From the NCBI GenBank assembly GCA_001604005.1, contig LVAM01000019.1, forward strand, positions 148,754-212,753: a stretch of DNA of 64,000 nt. Direction: 5' to 3'. The DNA comes from Clostridiales bacterium Firm_07. Lineage in GTDB: Bacteria > Bacillota > Clostridia > Oscillospirales > CAG-272. Shown here in pieces: positions 7,064 to 15,085 of the stretch. Each line of letters opens with the position of its first letter. Position 1 is the first letter of the stretch. The notes beneath the pieces are model-generated. The model was given only the letters and a program-made list of their open reading frames with translations. It had not been told where the DNA came from and ran no database searches. The position numbers and the translations under genes are program-made.

Positions 7064-8860
7064 ATGACGACCAACAAATATGTCCTTTCTTGGATCGACG
7101 AAATGGCCTCGATGACAAGGCCGAAAGAGATCGTTTGGATCGACGGCAGCGAAGAACAGGCGGAGGCACTCAGAAAAGAAGCCTGCTCGACTGGGGAACT
7201 CACGAAACTCAACGAAGAACTCCTGCCGAACTGCTATCTGCACCGCACCGCCGTCAACGATGTGGCGCGCGTTGAGGGACGCACCTATATCTGCACCCCG
7301 ACCAAAGAGGAAGCGGGCAACATCAACAACTGGATGGCGCCCGACGAAATGTACGCGAAACTCAAAAAGCTCTATAACGGCGCGATGAAAGACCGCACGA
7401 TGTACGTGATCCCCTATTCGATGGGCGTGGTCGGCTCGCCTTTCGCGAAATACGGCATCGAGCTGACCGACTCTATTTACGTCGTGCTGAATATGCTCAT
7501 TATGACGCGCGTCGGCACCGCCGTTCTCAAAGCGCTCGGCGACAGCCCCGACTATATCAAAGGTCTGCACGCGAAAGCCGATCTTGACGAGGAAAACCGC
7601 TACATCACGCACTTCCCGCAGGACAATACCATTATGTCGGTGAACTCCGGTTACGGCGGAAACGTGCTGCTTGGCAAAAAGTGCTTTGCCCTTCGCATCG
7701 CCTCCTACCTTGGCAGAAAAGAGGGCTGGATGGCGGAACACATGCTGATCCTCGGTTTGGAATACCCCAATGGCGAGATCAAATATATCACCGCCGCTTT
7801 CCCGTCGGCTTGCGGTAAGACCAACCTCGCAATGCTCATCCCGCCCGAAGTCTTCCGCAAAAAAGGCTACAAAGTCTGGTGCGTGGGTGACGACATCGCG
7901 TGGCTGCGCGTCAACAAAGAAGACGGCAAACTCTACGCCGTCAACCCCGAAAACGGCTTCTTCGGCGTGGCGCCCGGCACCAACGAAAAATCCAACCCCA
8001 ACGCGCTTGCCACCACCAAACGCGACACCATCTTTACCAACGTGGTACTGAACACCGACAACAACACCGTGTGGTGGGAAGGGCTTGACAACAACCCGCC
8101 CGAACACGCTATCGACTGGCGCGGCAACGCGTGGGATTATCGCACCTATGACAAGGCAAACAAACTTGCCACCGCGGGCGCGCACCCCAATTCCCGCTTC
8201 ACCGCCCTTGCCAAAAACTGCCCTTGCATCTCCTCGGAATTTAACAGCCTTACCGGCGTGCCGGTATCCGCCATCATCTTCGGCGGTCGCCGCGCAAAGA
8301 CCGCTCCGCTGGTCTATCAATCCTTCAACTGGCGGCACGGCACTTTCGTCGGCTCCATTATGGCGTCGGAAACGACTGCCGCCGCCGCGGGTGCTATCGG
8401 CGTGGTGCGCCGCGATCCGATGGCGATGCGTCCTTTCGTCGGCTACAATATGGGCGACTACTGGCAGCATTGGCTCGATATGGGCAACCGCCCCGACTTT
8501 ACGAACAAACCCCTTATCTTCCACGTCAACTGGTTCCGTACCGATGACGAGGGCAACTTCATCTGGCCCGGTTACGGCGAGAATATGCGCGTGCTCCTCT
8601 GGATCCTTGACCGCTGTGCGGGCAAAGTGGACGCCGTTAAGACCGCGATCGGCTATCTCCCCAAACCCGAGGACATCAACATTGAAGGGCTTGACGACGT
8701 GACGCCCGACACGATGAAAGATCTCCTTTCCGTCGACGTGCCCGCATGGACTGCCGACGTGGAGAACATCAAAGAGTTCTACGCGCAGGTGGGCGACCAC
8801 GTCCCTGCCGCGATGTACGAAGAACTGAACGCGCTGACCGCAAGACTTGCCAAAGAATAA
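7064..8860 (+). CDS. pckG: phosphoenolpyruvate carboxykinase (GTP-dependent type)
   Basis: A GGAG RBS lies 9 nt before the ATG at 7064. The ~600-aa product shows collinear GTP-PEPCK motifs: ...AAFPSACGKTNLAMLIPP..., ...WCVGDDIAWLRV... and ...NWFRTDDEGNFIWPGYGENMRVL... Confidence 0.9.
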   Translation: MTTNKYVLSWIDEMASMTRPKEIVWIDGSEEQAEALRKEACSTGELTKLNEELLPNCYLHRTAVNDVARVEGRTYICTPTKEEAGNINNWMAPDEMYAKLKKLYNGAMKDRTMYVIPYSMGVVGSPFAKYGIELTDSIYVVLNMLIMTRVGTAVLKALGDSPDYIKGLHAKADLDEENRYITHFPQDNTIMSVNSGYGGNVLLGKKCFALRIASYLGRKEGWMAEHMLILGLEYPNGEIKYITAAFPSACGKTNLAMLIPPEVFRKKGYKVWCVGDDIAWLRVNKEDGKLYAVNPENGFFGVAPGTNEKSNPNALATTKRDTIFTNVVLNTDNNTVWWEGLDNNPPEHAIDWRGNAWDYRTYDKANKLATAGAHPNSRFTALAKNCPCISSEFNSLTGVPVSAIIFGGRRAKTAPLVYQSFNWRHGTFVGSIMASETTAAAAGAIGVVRRDPMAMRPFVGYNMGDYWQHWLDMGNRPDFTNKPLIFHVNWFRTDDEGNFIWPGYGENMRVLLWILDRCAGKVDAVKTAIGYLPKPEDINIEGLDDVTPDTMKDLLSVDVPAWTADVENIKEFYAQVGDHVPAAMYEELNALTARLAKE

Positions 8861-8868
8861 AATCAAAA

Positions 8869-8902
8869 CGCCGCCGAGGAAAAACCTCGGCGGCGTGCTT
8901 TT
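8869..8902 (+). terminator. intrinsic terminator of pckG
   Basis: CGCCGCCGAGG-AAAAA-CCTCGGCGGCG hairpin followed by TGCTTTT. Confidence 0.75.
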
Positions 8903-8911
8903 ATCACACGT

Positions 8912-8937
8912 AAAAAAGGGGCGCAAGCCCCTTTTTT
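8912..8937. terminator. bidirectional terminator (serves rplS on the minus strand)
   Basis: AAAAAA-GGGGC-GCAA-GCCCC-TTTTTT: a GNRA-type tetraloop hairpin with A6 and T6 flanks, 7 nt from the rplS stop. Confidence 0.65.
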
Positions 8938-8943
8938 ACGTTG

Positions 8944-9285
8944 TCAAATCTTTTCTTTGACTTTCGATGCCTTACCGACGCGGTCGCGCAGGTAGTACAG
9001 TTTGGCGCGGCGCACTTTCGCAACGCGCACCACGTCCACTTTCACCACGTTGGGCGAGTGGATCGGGAAGGTTTTTTCCACACCGACACCGTAAGAAATG
9101 CGTCTTACCGTGAAGGTCTCGGAAATTCCGCCGCCGTGCTTCGCGATGACGGTACCTTCAAAAAGTTGAATTCTCTCTTTCGTGCCCTCGACGATTTTGT
9201 TGTGGATACGAACGGTATCACCGATGCGTACGACAGGCACTTCCGCTTTCAACTGCTCGTTTGTAAAAGCCTTGATCAGATCCAT
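8944..9285 (-). CDS. rplS: 50S ribosomal protein L19
   Basis: [78 protein letters not shown]... is unmistakably L19. An AAGGAGG RBS precedes the start. Confidence 0.97.
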   Translation of the reverse strand: MDLIKAFTNEQLKAEVPVVRIGDTVRIHNKIVEGTKERIQLFEGTVIAKHGGGISETFTVRRISYGVGVEKTFPIHSPNVVKVDVVRVAKVRRAKLYYLRDRVGKASKVKEKI

Positions 9286-9366
9286 TGTAGGCCTCCTTAA
9301 AATCCGGATGTTCTTGCAGAGCGTCGCAGCGGACCATCCTTAAACTTGTGTCAACACACGGATAGC

Positions 9367-9395
9367 ATTATAGCATACATTTTCGGAAATTGCAA
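9367..9395 (-). promoter_or_regulatory. sigma-A promoter of rplS (extended -10)
   Basis: Minus strand: TTGCAA (9395-9390), 17 nt spacer, TGC-TATAAT (-10 at 9372-9367). Confidence 0.6.
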
Positions 9396-9420
9396 GAGTT
9401 TTTTACAATTTTTCGGAAAA

Positions 9421-10668
9421 TTATTGAGAAACCTCCTCACTCGCCGCTTTTTTCGTTTGAAACAAGCGCACAAGGAAAAGGACAAGCGAAAGTGCGACCA
9501 AAAAGACGCAGGCAAAGAACAAGACCTGAAACACGGTCTTCCACCCGCCGGCAACGGCGATCGAGGCGATGATAATTTGCGATAGCGTACTGCCGACGTA
9601 GCAAGTGCCGTTCAGTAGCCCCGCGAGAAGCCCCGCGTTGAGTTTTTTACCGTAAGAAAGCGGCAAAACGCTCGTCACGATGGCGTTGGCGCCGTGCATC
9701 AGCATCGCGGAAAGCCCGAAACAGACCAAAATAATCCACCAGTAGGAACTGTTCAGCAACAGGATGATCACGCCGGTCAATACGGCTGTCGCAAGGAAGA
9801 AAAGGCCAAGCAGATCCGAGTGCACTTTGACCTTTTTGTTTGCAAAAACCGCCATGGTGGCGCCGAACGCGCCGAAGACCGGCAAGACCAAGGTCAGCAC
9901 GATCGAAAGACTGTCGGAAAGCCCGTAACTGTCTTTGAGGATCTTCGGCACCCAAGTGCCGAGCCCATCTTTGATAAAGTTGAGAATGACGGCGTAAGAA
10001 CCGTACAGCAAAACGAGCAGTGCGACCAGTTTCGCGTAAGCGTTTTTCGGATTTTGCGGCTCTTTTGCTTTCTTTTTCTCGACATTCGGCGTCGCCGCCC
10101 CGCCGCCCGTCATATACGGGTAACAGAAAAACCAGAAAACGCCGATCGTCGTCATTACAACGGCGGCAAGCAGGAAAGAAAATCGGAAACCGTCAAAGAG
10201 CGCAAAAAGCGCGCTTGCGCCGTAAGCAAGCACTGTGCCGACACCGACCGTCGTACCCATCGCCACAAGCGCCACGCGCATATAATGCTCGTCAAGATGG
10301 CGGGAAAGAATGAGCAACAGCGAGGGCCACAGCACCGATTGACAAATACCGTTTACCAACCACAGCGCTCCGAAAGAACCGAAAGGCGCGCCGAAAAAAA
10401 CGGCGGCGTTGATCCCGGAGGACACGATCAGCGCGGCGGGAATGATATACCGCATCTTGTATTTGCCGCACAAAAGCCCGTTTGCGATCTGCCCCGCACC
10501 GTACGAAAAGAAGAAAAACGTCGTCGGTACGGCAAAAAGAATGGCATTGACGCCGTAATGATCTGTAATGGGGCCTACGTTGGAATTATAACTATATCTG
10601 CCGAGATAGGCGAAAGTATAGACCGCCCAGCAGAAAAAGACCAATGTTCTTTGTTGCTTTTTTGTCAT
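9421..10668 (-). CDS. MFS transporter (organophosphate/sugar-phosphate antiporter-like)
   Basis: 415 aa with about 12 TM segments. The N-terminus ...FFCWAVYTFAYLGRYSYNSNVGPI... resembles the GlpT/UhpC-type MFS start. Confidence 0.7.
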   Translation of the reverse strand: MTKKQQRTLVFFCWAVYTFAYLGRYSYNSNVGPITDHYGVNAILFAVPTTFFFFSYGAGQIANGLLCGKYKMRYIIPAALIVSSGINAAVFFGAPFGSFGALWLVNGICQSVLWPSLLLILSRHLDEHYMRVALVAMGTTVGVGTVLAYGASALFALFDGFRFSFLLAAVVMTTIGVFWFFCYPYMTGGGAATPNVEKKKAKEPQNPKNAYAKLVALLVLLYGSYAVILNFIKDGLGTWVPKILKDSYGLSDSLSIVLTLVLPVFGAFGATMAVFANKKVKVHSDLLGLFFLATAVLTGVIILLLNSSYWWIILVCFGLSAMLMHGANAIVTSVLPLSYGKKLNAGLLAGLLNGTCYVGSTLSQIIIASIAVAGGWKTVFQVLFFACVFLVALSLVLFLVRLFQTKKAASEEVSQ

Positions 10669-10686
10669 TTTTTATCTCATCTTTCC

Positions 10687-10727
10687 GCAAAAAAGGATCC
10701 CGAAAACAATATGCTCTCGGGATCCTT
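10687..10727 (-). terminator. intrinsic terminator of the NhaC-family gene
   Basis: Minus strand: AAGGATCCCGA-13 nt-TCGGGATCCTT (11-bp stem) followed by TTTTTT. It starts 6 nt after the TAA at 10735-10733. Confidence 0.75.
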
Positions 10728-10732
10728 AAAAA

Positions 10733-12532
10733 TTACAGAGCCTGCTTCTTCCCTTTGAGCACGCGGATGCCAAAGAGCGTACCGATCATCAAGACAAGTG
10801 CGATCGGCAAAGTGACATACCAGTAAATGCCCACGTTTTGCAAAACGCCCGCGATGACGTAAGAAACAAAGGACACGGCGGCAACCGTCAAGGCATACGG
10901 CAGCTGCGTAGACACGTGATCGACGTGGTTGCACTGCGCGCCTGCCGACGCCATAATGGTGGTGTCCGAAATGGGCGAGCAGTGGTCACCGCAAACCGAG
11001 CCGGCAAGGCAAGCCGACATCGCGATCACGCCGAGTTCGGTTCCAAGTCCGACGCCCGCTTGCACGATCGGGATAAGAATACCGAAGGTTCCCCACGAAG
11101 TGCCCGTGGCAAAGGAGAGGGCGCAAGCGATAAGGAAGATGATGGCGGGCAGGAAAAGTTTGAGCGTGCCCGCATTTTCCAGCACGCCGGCGACAAAATC
11201 ACCGGAGCCGAGGAGCGAGGTCATATTTTTCAGCGCCGTTGCAAGGGTCAGAATGAGGATCGCGGGCACCATCGCGATAAAGCCGTTGGGGATCGCGCTC
11301 ATAGATTCCTTGAAGTTAATGAGACGGCGGCACATCAGATAGACGACGGTAATGACCAGCGCCACAAGAGAACCGATCGGCAAGCCGACGGTCGCGTCGG
11401 TATCGCCGAAGGCTTGGATCATATTCCACTGCGTATCGCCCGCGGTAAAGAAGCCGCCGACGTAAAGAAGCGCGACCACGCAGGAAACGATCAGCACCAC
11501 GATCGGAACGATCAGGTCAAAGACACGCGCACGCGACGCAGTCGCTTCTCCCGCTTCTTCGGCGTCGGTCTTTGCGCCGAGGTCGCCCTCGTTTTGCGCC
11601 TTGAATTCAAAGTTCGCCATCTTACCGTAATCATAACCCATAATGGTGATGGTGATAACGAACGCAATGGTAAGCAGCGAATAGAAGTTATACGGAATGG
11701 CTTTGATGAAATATTTGAGTCCTTCGCCCTCGGCAACATATTCCGAAACGGCGGCCGCCCACGAGGACACGGGCGCGATCATACAGATTGGCGCGGCGGT
11801 GGCGTCAATGAGATACGCCAGTTTGACGCGAGAGATTTTGTGGCGGTCGGTGACGGGCTGCATCACACTGCCGACCGTAAGGCAGTTGAAGTAATCGTCC
11901 ACGAAAATGAGCACGCCGAGCGCGAATGTAGCAAGCAGAGCGCCCACGCGAGTCTTGACGTGCGTCTGCGCCCATTTGCCGAACGCGGCGGAACCGCCGG
12001 CCTTGTTCATCAGAATGACGATGGCGCCCAGGATCACAAGGAAGGCGAAAATGCCCGCCGTACCCGCGACGGCATCAATAATGCCGCTGGTCGTGATGGT
12101 TTCCACCGCGGTGACGGGGTTAAAGTTGGCATAGAAGATGCCGCCCGCGACAACGCCGACAAACAGCGAACTGTACACCTCTTTGGTGATCAGCGCCAAC
12201 ATAATGGCAAGAATCGGGGGGACAAGCGCCATAAAGGTCGCGTAGTAGCGGCTGTCCGGCGTCACGCTGCCCTTGCCTTCGCAAGTTTCGCATTCCGTTA
12301 CCACGGCTGCTTTGATCTCTCCCGTTTGACCGCACGTTTCGCAGGTCTCAACGGCTCCTTCATCGCCTTCGCAAACCGGACAGGTCGCAATTTCGGCAAT
12401 ATAGCCGCGGCCTTCGCAGTCCGGGCAGTCGACCGTTGCGTCTGTTTTCAGTACGATGGAAAGGACGACCACCGCGACGAGTGCCAGAGCAATGGCAACA
12501 AGGTTGATGATTTTCTTCTTTGTCATGCGCAT
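10733..12532 (-). CDS. NhaC-family (Na+/H+ antiporter-type) transporter with an N-terminal TM anchor plus 4x CxxC zinc-ribbon extension; lysine-riboswitch controlled
   Basis: A GGAGG RBS lies 8 nt before the ATG at 12532, and the upstream part of the 682-aa ORF is the riboswitch. The core ...FMALVPPILAIMLALITKEVYSSLFVGVVAGG...GTSWGTFGILIPI...CGDHCSPISDTTI... is typical of NhaC. Confidence 0.8.
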   Translation of the reverse strand: MRMTKKKIINLVAIALALVAVVVLSIVLKTDATVDCPDCEGRGYIAEIATCPVCEGDEGAVETCETCGQTGEIKAAVVTECETCEGKGSVTPDSRYYATFMALVPPILAIMLALITKEVYSSLFVGVVAGGIFYANFNPVTAVETITTSGIIDAVAGTAGIFAFLVILGAIVILMNKAGGSAAFGKWAQTHVKTRVGALLATFALGVLIFVDDYFNCLTVGSVMQPVTDRHKISRVKLAYLIDATAAPICMIAPVSSWAAAVSEYVAEGEGLKYFIKAIPYNFYSLLTIAFVITITIMGYDYGKMANFEFKAQNEGDLGAKTDAEEAGEATASRARVFDLIVPIVVLIVSCVVALLYVGGFFTAGDTQWNMIQAFGDTDATVGLPIGSLVALVITVVYLMCRRLINFKESMSAIPNGFIAMVPAILILTLATALKNMTSLLGSGDFVAGVLENAGTLKLFLPAIIFLIACALSFATGTSWGTFGILIPIVQAGVGLGTELGVIAMSACLAGSVCGDHCSPISDTTIMASAGAQCNHVDHVSTQLPYALTVAAVSFVSYVIAGVLQNVGIYWYVTLPIALVLMIGTLFGIRVLKGKKQAL

Positions 12533-12552
12533 TTCTTTTTCCTCCTGCACAA

Positions 12553-12585
12553 TAAAAAATGTCGCGGAAGTGCTCTGCCGCGACA
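12553..12585 (-). terminator. riboswitch expression-platform terminator
   Basis: Minus strand: TGTCGCGG-CAGAGCACTT-CCGCGACA followed by TTTTTT, ending about 20 nt before the RBS. Confidence 0.75.
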
Positions 12586-12610
12586 AATGAACCCGAGGGT
12601 TCCACGTTTT

Positions 12611-12772
12611 GACGATAGCACTCCACATTACTGTGACAGTACAAAAGATCTTCTCTTTTGTCCCAACGCGCCGTTGCCGGAAGGCAGGCGGCGAATTTCG
12701 GCAAGAAACCCTTTTCCCCGCGCCCTTCCGTGCGTCTTTCGGGGTACTGATGTTTCCCGCGCCTCTATCAGT
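12611..12772 (-). promoter_or_regulatory. lysine riboswitch (L-box) aptamer
   Basis: Minus strand: ACTGATAGAGGCGCGGGAAAC...CTTGCCGAAAT...ACTGTCACAGTAATGTGGAGTGCTATCGTC. This carries the conserved AGAGGCGC, GCCGAA, CUGUCA and UGGAGnGCUAUC blocks, with GATAG/CTATC closing P1. Confidence 0.8.
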
Positions 12773-12780
12773 ATGCAACA

Positions 12781-12809
12781 AGTATACGCCGTCTTTTTCT
12801 ATTTGTCAA
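12781..12809 (-). promoter_or_regulatory. sigma-A promoter driving the lysine riboswitch
   Basis: Minus strand: TTGACA (12809-12804), 17 nt spacer, TATACT (12786-12781). It lies directly after the stop of the upstream flippase gene. Confidence 0.65.
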
Positions 12810-12811
12810 GT

Positions 12812-14218
12812 CTAATTTGCATTTTTTTGCCGAATTTTGAAAAAATTTTTTCCATATTGCATGATGCTGTGAAAAAGCGCGAAATATTCCGGGGAAAAAG
12901 GCAGGAGCGCCGTCAAACCGAAAACCGCGCTCAATCCTCCCTTTTCCCTTGCGGCAAGCAGGGCGCAAAGAAACAAAAAGAGAAAAGAAATCGAAAAACG
13001 GAAAACAGGCTGCGGAAAAGAAAGCACCCGCCGTGCGATCAAGGCACGAAGAACGAGAAGAGCCGCTTCGGAAATGACCGTTGCGGCAACGGCGCCGGCG
13101 ACGCCCTGCGCGGGGATCAGAAAAAAAGAGGCGAGCACGGCAAACGCCGCACCGATCCCCGCCGTTTCAAGAGAGACAAAAGAGCGCAGTTTCACCATAT
13201 TCGTACTGATAAAAAAGGAAGAAAGCGCCCCGCAAAACGCGCCGATAAGAAGAAACGGGAGAAAAGCGGCGGCATTTGCAAATCCATCCGCGAAAAGATG
13301 CGCCGCCAGCACACGAGAAAAGAGAACGAGAAAAACCGTAAAAAGCAGCAAGAGCGACGCGAACGAGGCAAAAATTCTGCCGAAAAGCGCCCGCGGATCT
13401 TTCCCCGCACGCACGGCGCTGTATTGCCACGCCTCCATAAAAATGCCCGCGGCAAACGAAAGGACCGCCGGTATCTTCATCGCCGCCGCGAAAATGCCCG
13501 TCTCGGCGCGTCCGTGCGTATAGAGAAGCACGTATCTCCCCACCGCGCCGAAGATCCACCACAGCGCCGCGCTCGGAATGAGCGGCAGAGCATACCGCAG
13601 CATCGGTGACAGCGGGTTTTCCACATTTTCCGTCTTTCCTTTGCGTGTTTTGAAGAGATAAACCGTCAAAAGCAGGGCTGTGATCGCGTCCGATAGCAGG
13701 ATCGAAACGAGATATCCGCGCACCGAAAGGCGAAAGGTCGACAAAAACAGAAACGCAAGCAAGGCAGCGAGAAAAGTGCAAAAACACTGTTGCGTCGCAA
13801 AAAAACCGTATTCCCCCCGCGCGCGCAACACGCACGCCGTCACTTTGTGCCAAGCCGCCGAAAGAACATACAGGGAGAGCAACGCGAGAAAAGGACGAAA
13901 AAACGGGATCAACGCTAAAAAAGGAAATAAAACCGCTGTAAAAACAGCGCCAGCACCGACCATTTTCAGTCCGGCTTGCACAATGCTTCTTTCCTCTCCT
14001 TTGCCGGCAAGAAAGCGAAAGATCGCTTCCGGCGCTTCCAGCGTCAGCAAAGGCAAAAGCAGCGTCGCTCCGCTGACCAAAAGATCCGCAGTGCCGAAAT
14101 CGGCGGGTGTGAGAAGTCTTGTATAAAGCGGCATCAAAAGAAAAATCGTGGCTTTGGAAACGGCGGAGCCGACGCCCAGGATCATGACGCGCGTAAACAA
14201 CCTTGTTTCTTTCTCCAT
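12812..14218 (-). CDS. oligosaccharide/polysaccharide flippase (MOP superfamily, Wzx-like)
   Basis: A GGGAGG RBS lies 6 nt before the ATG at 14218 (MEKETRLFTRVMILGVGSAVSKATIFLLMPLYTRLLTPADFG...). The protein is multi-TM throughout. Confidence 0.6.
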   Translation of the reverse strand: MEKETRLFTRVMILGVGSAVSKATIFLLMPLYTRLLTPADFGTADLLVSGATLLLPLLTLEAPEAIFRFLAGKGEERSIVQAGLKMVGAGAVFTAVLFPFLALIPFFRPFLALLSLYVLSAAWHKVTACVLRARGEYGFFATQQCFCTFLAALLAFLFLSTFRLSVRGYLVSILLSDAITALLLTVYLFKTRKGKTENVENPLSPMLRYALPLIPSAALWWIFGAVGRYVLLYTHGRAETGIFAAAMKIPAVLSFAAGIFMEAWQYSAVRAGKDPRALFGRIFASFASLLLLFTVFLVLFSRVLAAHLFADGFANAAAFLPFLLIGAFCGALSSFFISTNMVKLRSFVSLETAGIGAAFAVLASFFLIPAQGVAGAVAATVISEAALLVLRALIARRVLSFPQPVFRFSISFLFLFLCALLAAREKGGLSAVFGLTALLPFSPEYFALFHSIMQYGKNFFKIRQKNAN

Positions 14219-14293
14219 TTCGCGCCTCCCAAAAATGAATTTCACTTTTCATTTTTACCCGTTACGGCGCGAAAATAACAGAAAAAAACAGCC

Positions 14294-14323
14294 AAAAAGG
14301 CGCGCCCCGCGGCGCGCCTTTTT
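14294..14323 (-). terminator. intrinsic terminator after yebC (symmetrical)
   Basis: AAAAA-GGCGCGCC-CCGC-GGCGCGCC-TTTTT. Confidence 0.7.
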
Positions 14324-14334
14324 CGTTTGGAAAA

Positions 14335-15072
14335 TTATTCTTCGCAGTTTTCCCAGTTGTGATATACGTTCATCACGTCGTCGTCTTCTTCCAGTTTTTC
14401 GAGAAGCAGTGACATAAATTTGATGTCGTCCGCGTCGGAGAGCGTAACGGTGTTGGTTGGGATCTTGTCTTCTTCCGCCGAAAGGATCGGATATTTTTTC
14501 TCGGCAAGCGCGTCCTTAACGGCGTAAAGATCTTCCGGCGTCGTGTAGATTTCAAACATTTCTTCGTCCGCCGCGCCGAAATCTTCCGCACCCGCTTCCA
14601 GCGCGTCTTCCATCAGTTTGTCCTCGTCGATCTTTGCGTCTTCGTCTCCGACGATGATCACGCCTTTGTCTTCAAAAAGGAAGGAAACGCAACCCGATGT
14701 ACCCATATTACCCTTGAATTTGGTAAAGCACGCGCGCAGATTGCCTGCCGTGCGGTTGCGGTTGTCGGTTGTGGTCTCCACGATCACGGCAACGCCGCCG
14801 GGACCGTATCCTTCGTAGGTGATCTCCTCGTAGTTCTCGCCCGTGCCGCCGACGGCTTTTTTGATGATGCGCTCAATGTTATCGTTGGGGACGTTGCTCG
14901 CCTTTGCTTTTTGGATAAGGTCGCGCAGTTTGGAGTTGCTGTTCGGGTCTCCTCCGCCCTCACGCACGGCGATGGCGATCTCTTTGCCGATTTTCGTAAA
15001 CACTTTCGCCTTTTGCGCGTCGGTCTTCTCTTTTTTGTGTTTGATGTTTGCCCATTTGCTGTGTCCTGACAT
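14335..15072 (-). CDS. yebC: YebC/PmpR-family DNA-binding transcriptional regulator
   Basis: MSGHSKWANIKHKKEKTDAQKAKVFTKIGKEIAIAVREGGGDPNSNSKLRDLIQKAKASNVPNDNIERIIKKA... is the canonical family N-terminus. Confidence 0.95.
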   Translation of the reverse strand: MSGHSKWANIKHKKEKTDAQKAKVFTKIGKEIAIAVREGGGDPNSNSKLRDLIQKAKASNVPNDNIERIIKKAVGGTGENYEEITYEGYGPGGVAVIVETTTDNRNRTAGNLRACFTKFKGNMGTSGCVSFLFEDKGVIIVGDEDAKIDEDKLMEDALEAGAEDFGAADEEMFEIYTTPEDLYAVKDALAEKKYPILSAEEDKIPTNTVTLSDADDIKFMSLLLEKLEEDDDVMNVYHNWENCEE

Positions 15073-15085
15073 AACTCTATTCTCC

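Noticed and set aside
12533-12781. N-terminal extensions offered by the ORF track: 12533-12781 on the NhaC-family gene, 25315-25392 on mutS, 27154-27264 on miaB, 47683-47856 on uvrB, 2014-2244 on the hypothetical gene, and 35655-35816 on rsmE.
   Set aside because: Each extension runs through promoters, terminators, a riboswitch or the neighbouring gene. An RBS-supported internal start matches the conserved protein N-terminus in each case.
10838-13609. 923-aa plus-strand ORF running antisense through the NhaC-family gene, the lysine riboswitch and the flippase gene.
   Set aside because: The same shadow-ORF argument applies. It crosses a promoter, a riboswitch and a terminator, and its sequence is Arg/Lys/Gly-rich and repetitive, with no recognisable domain.
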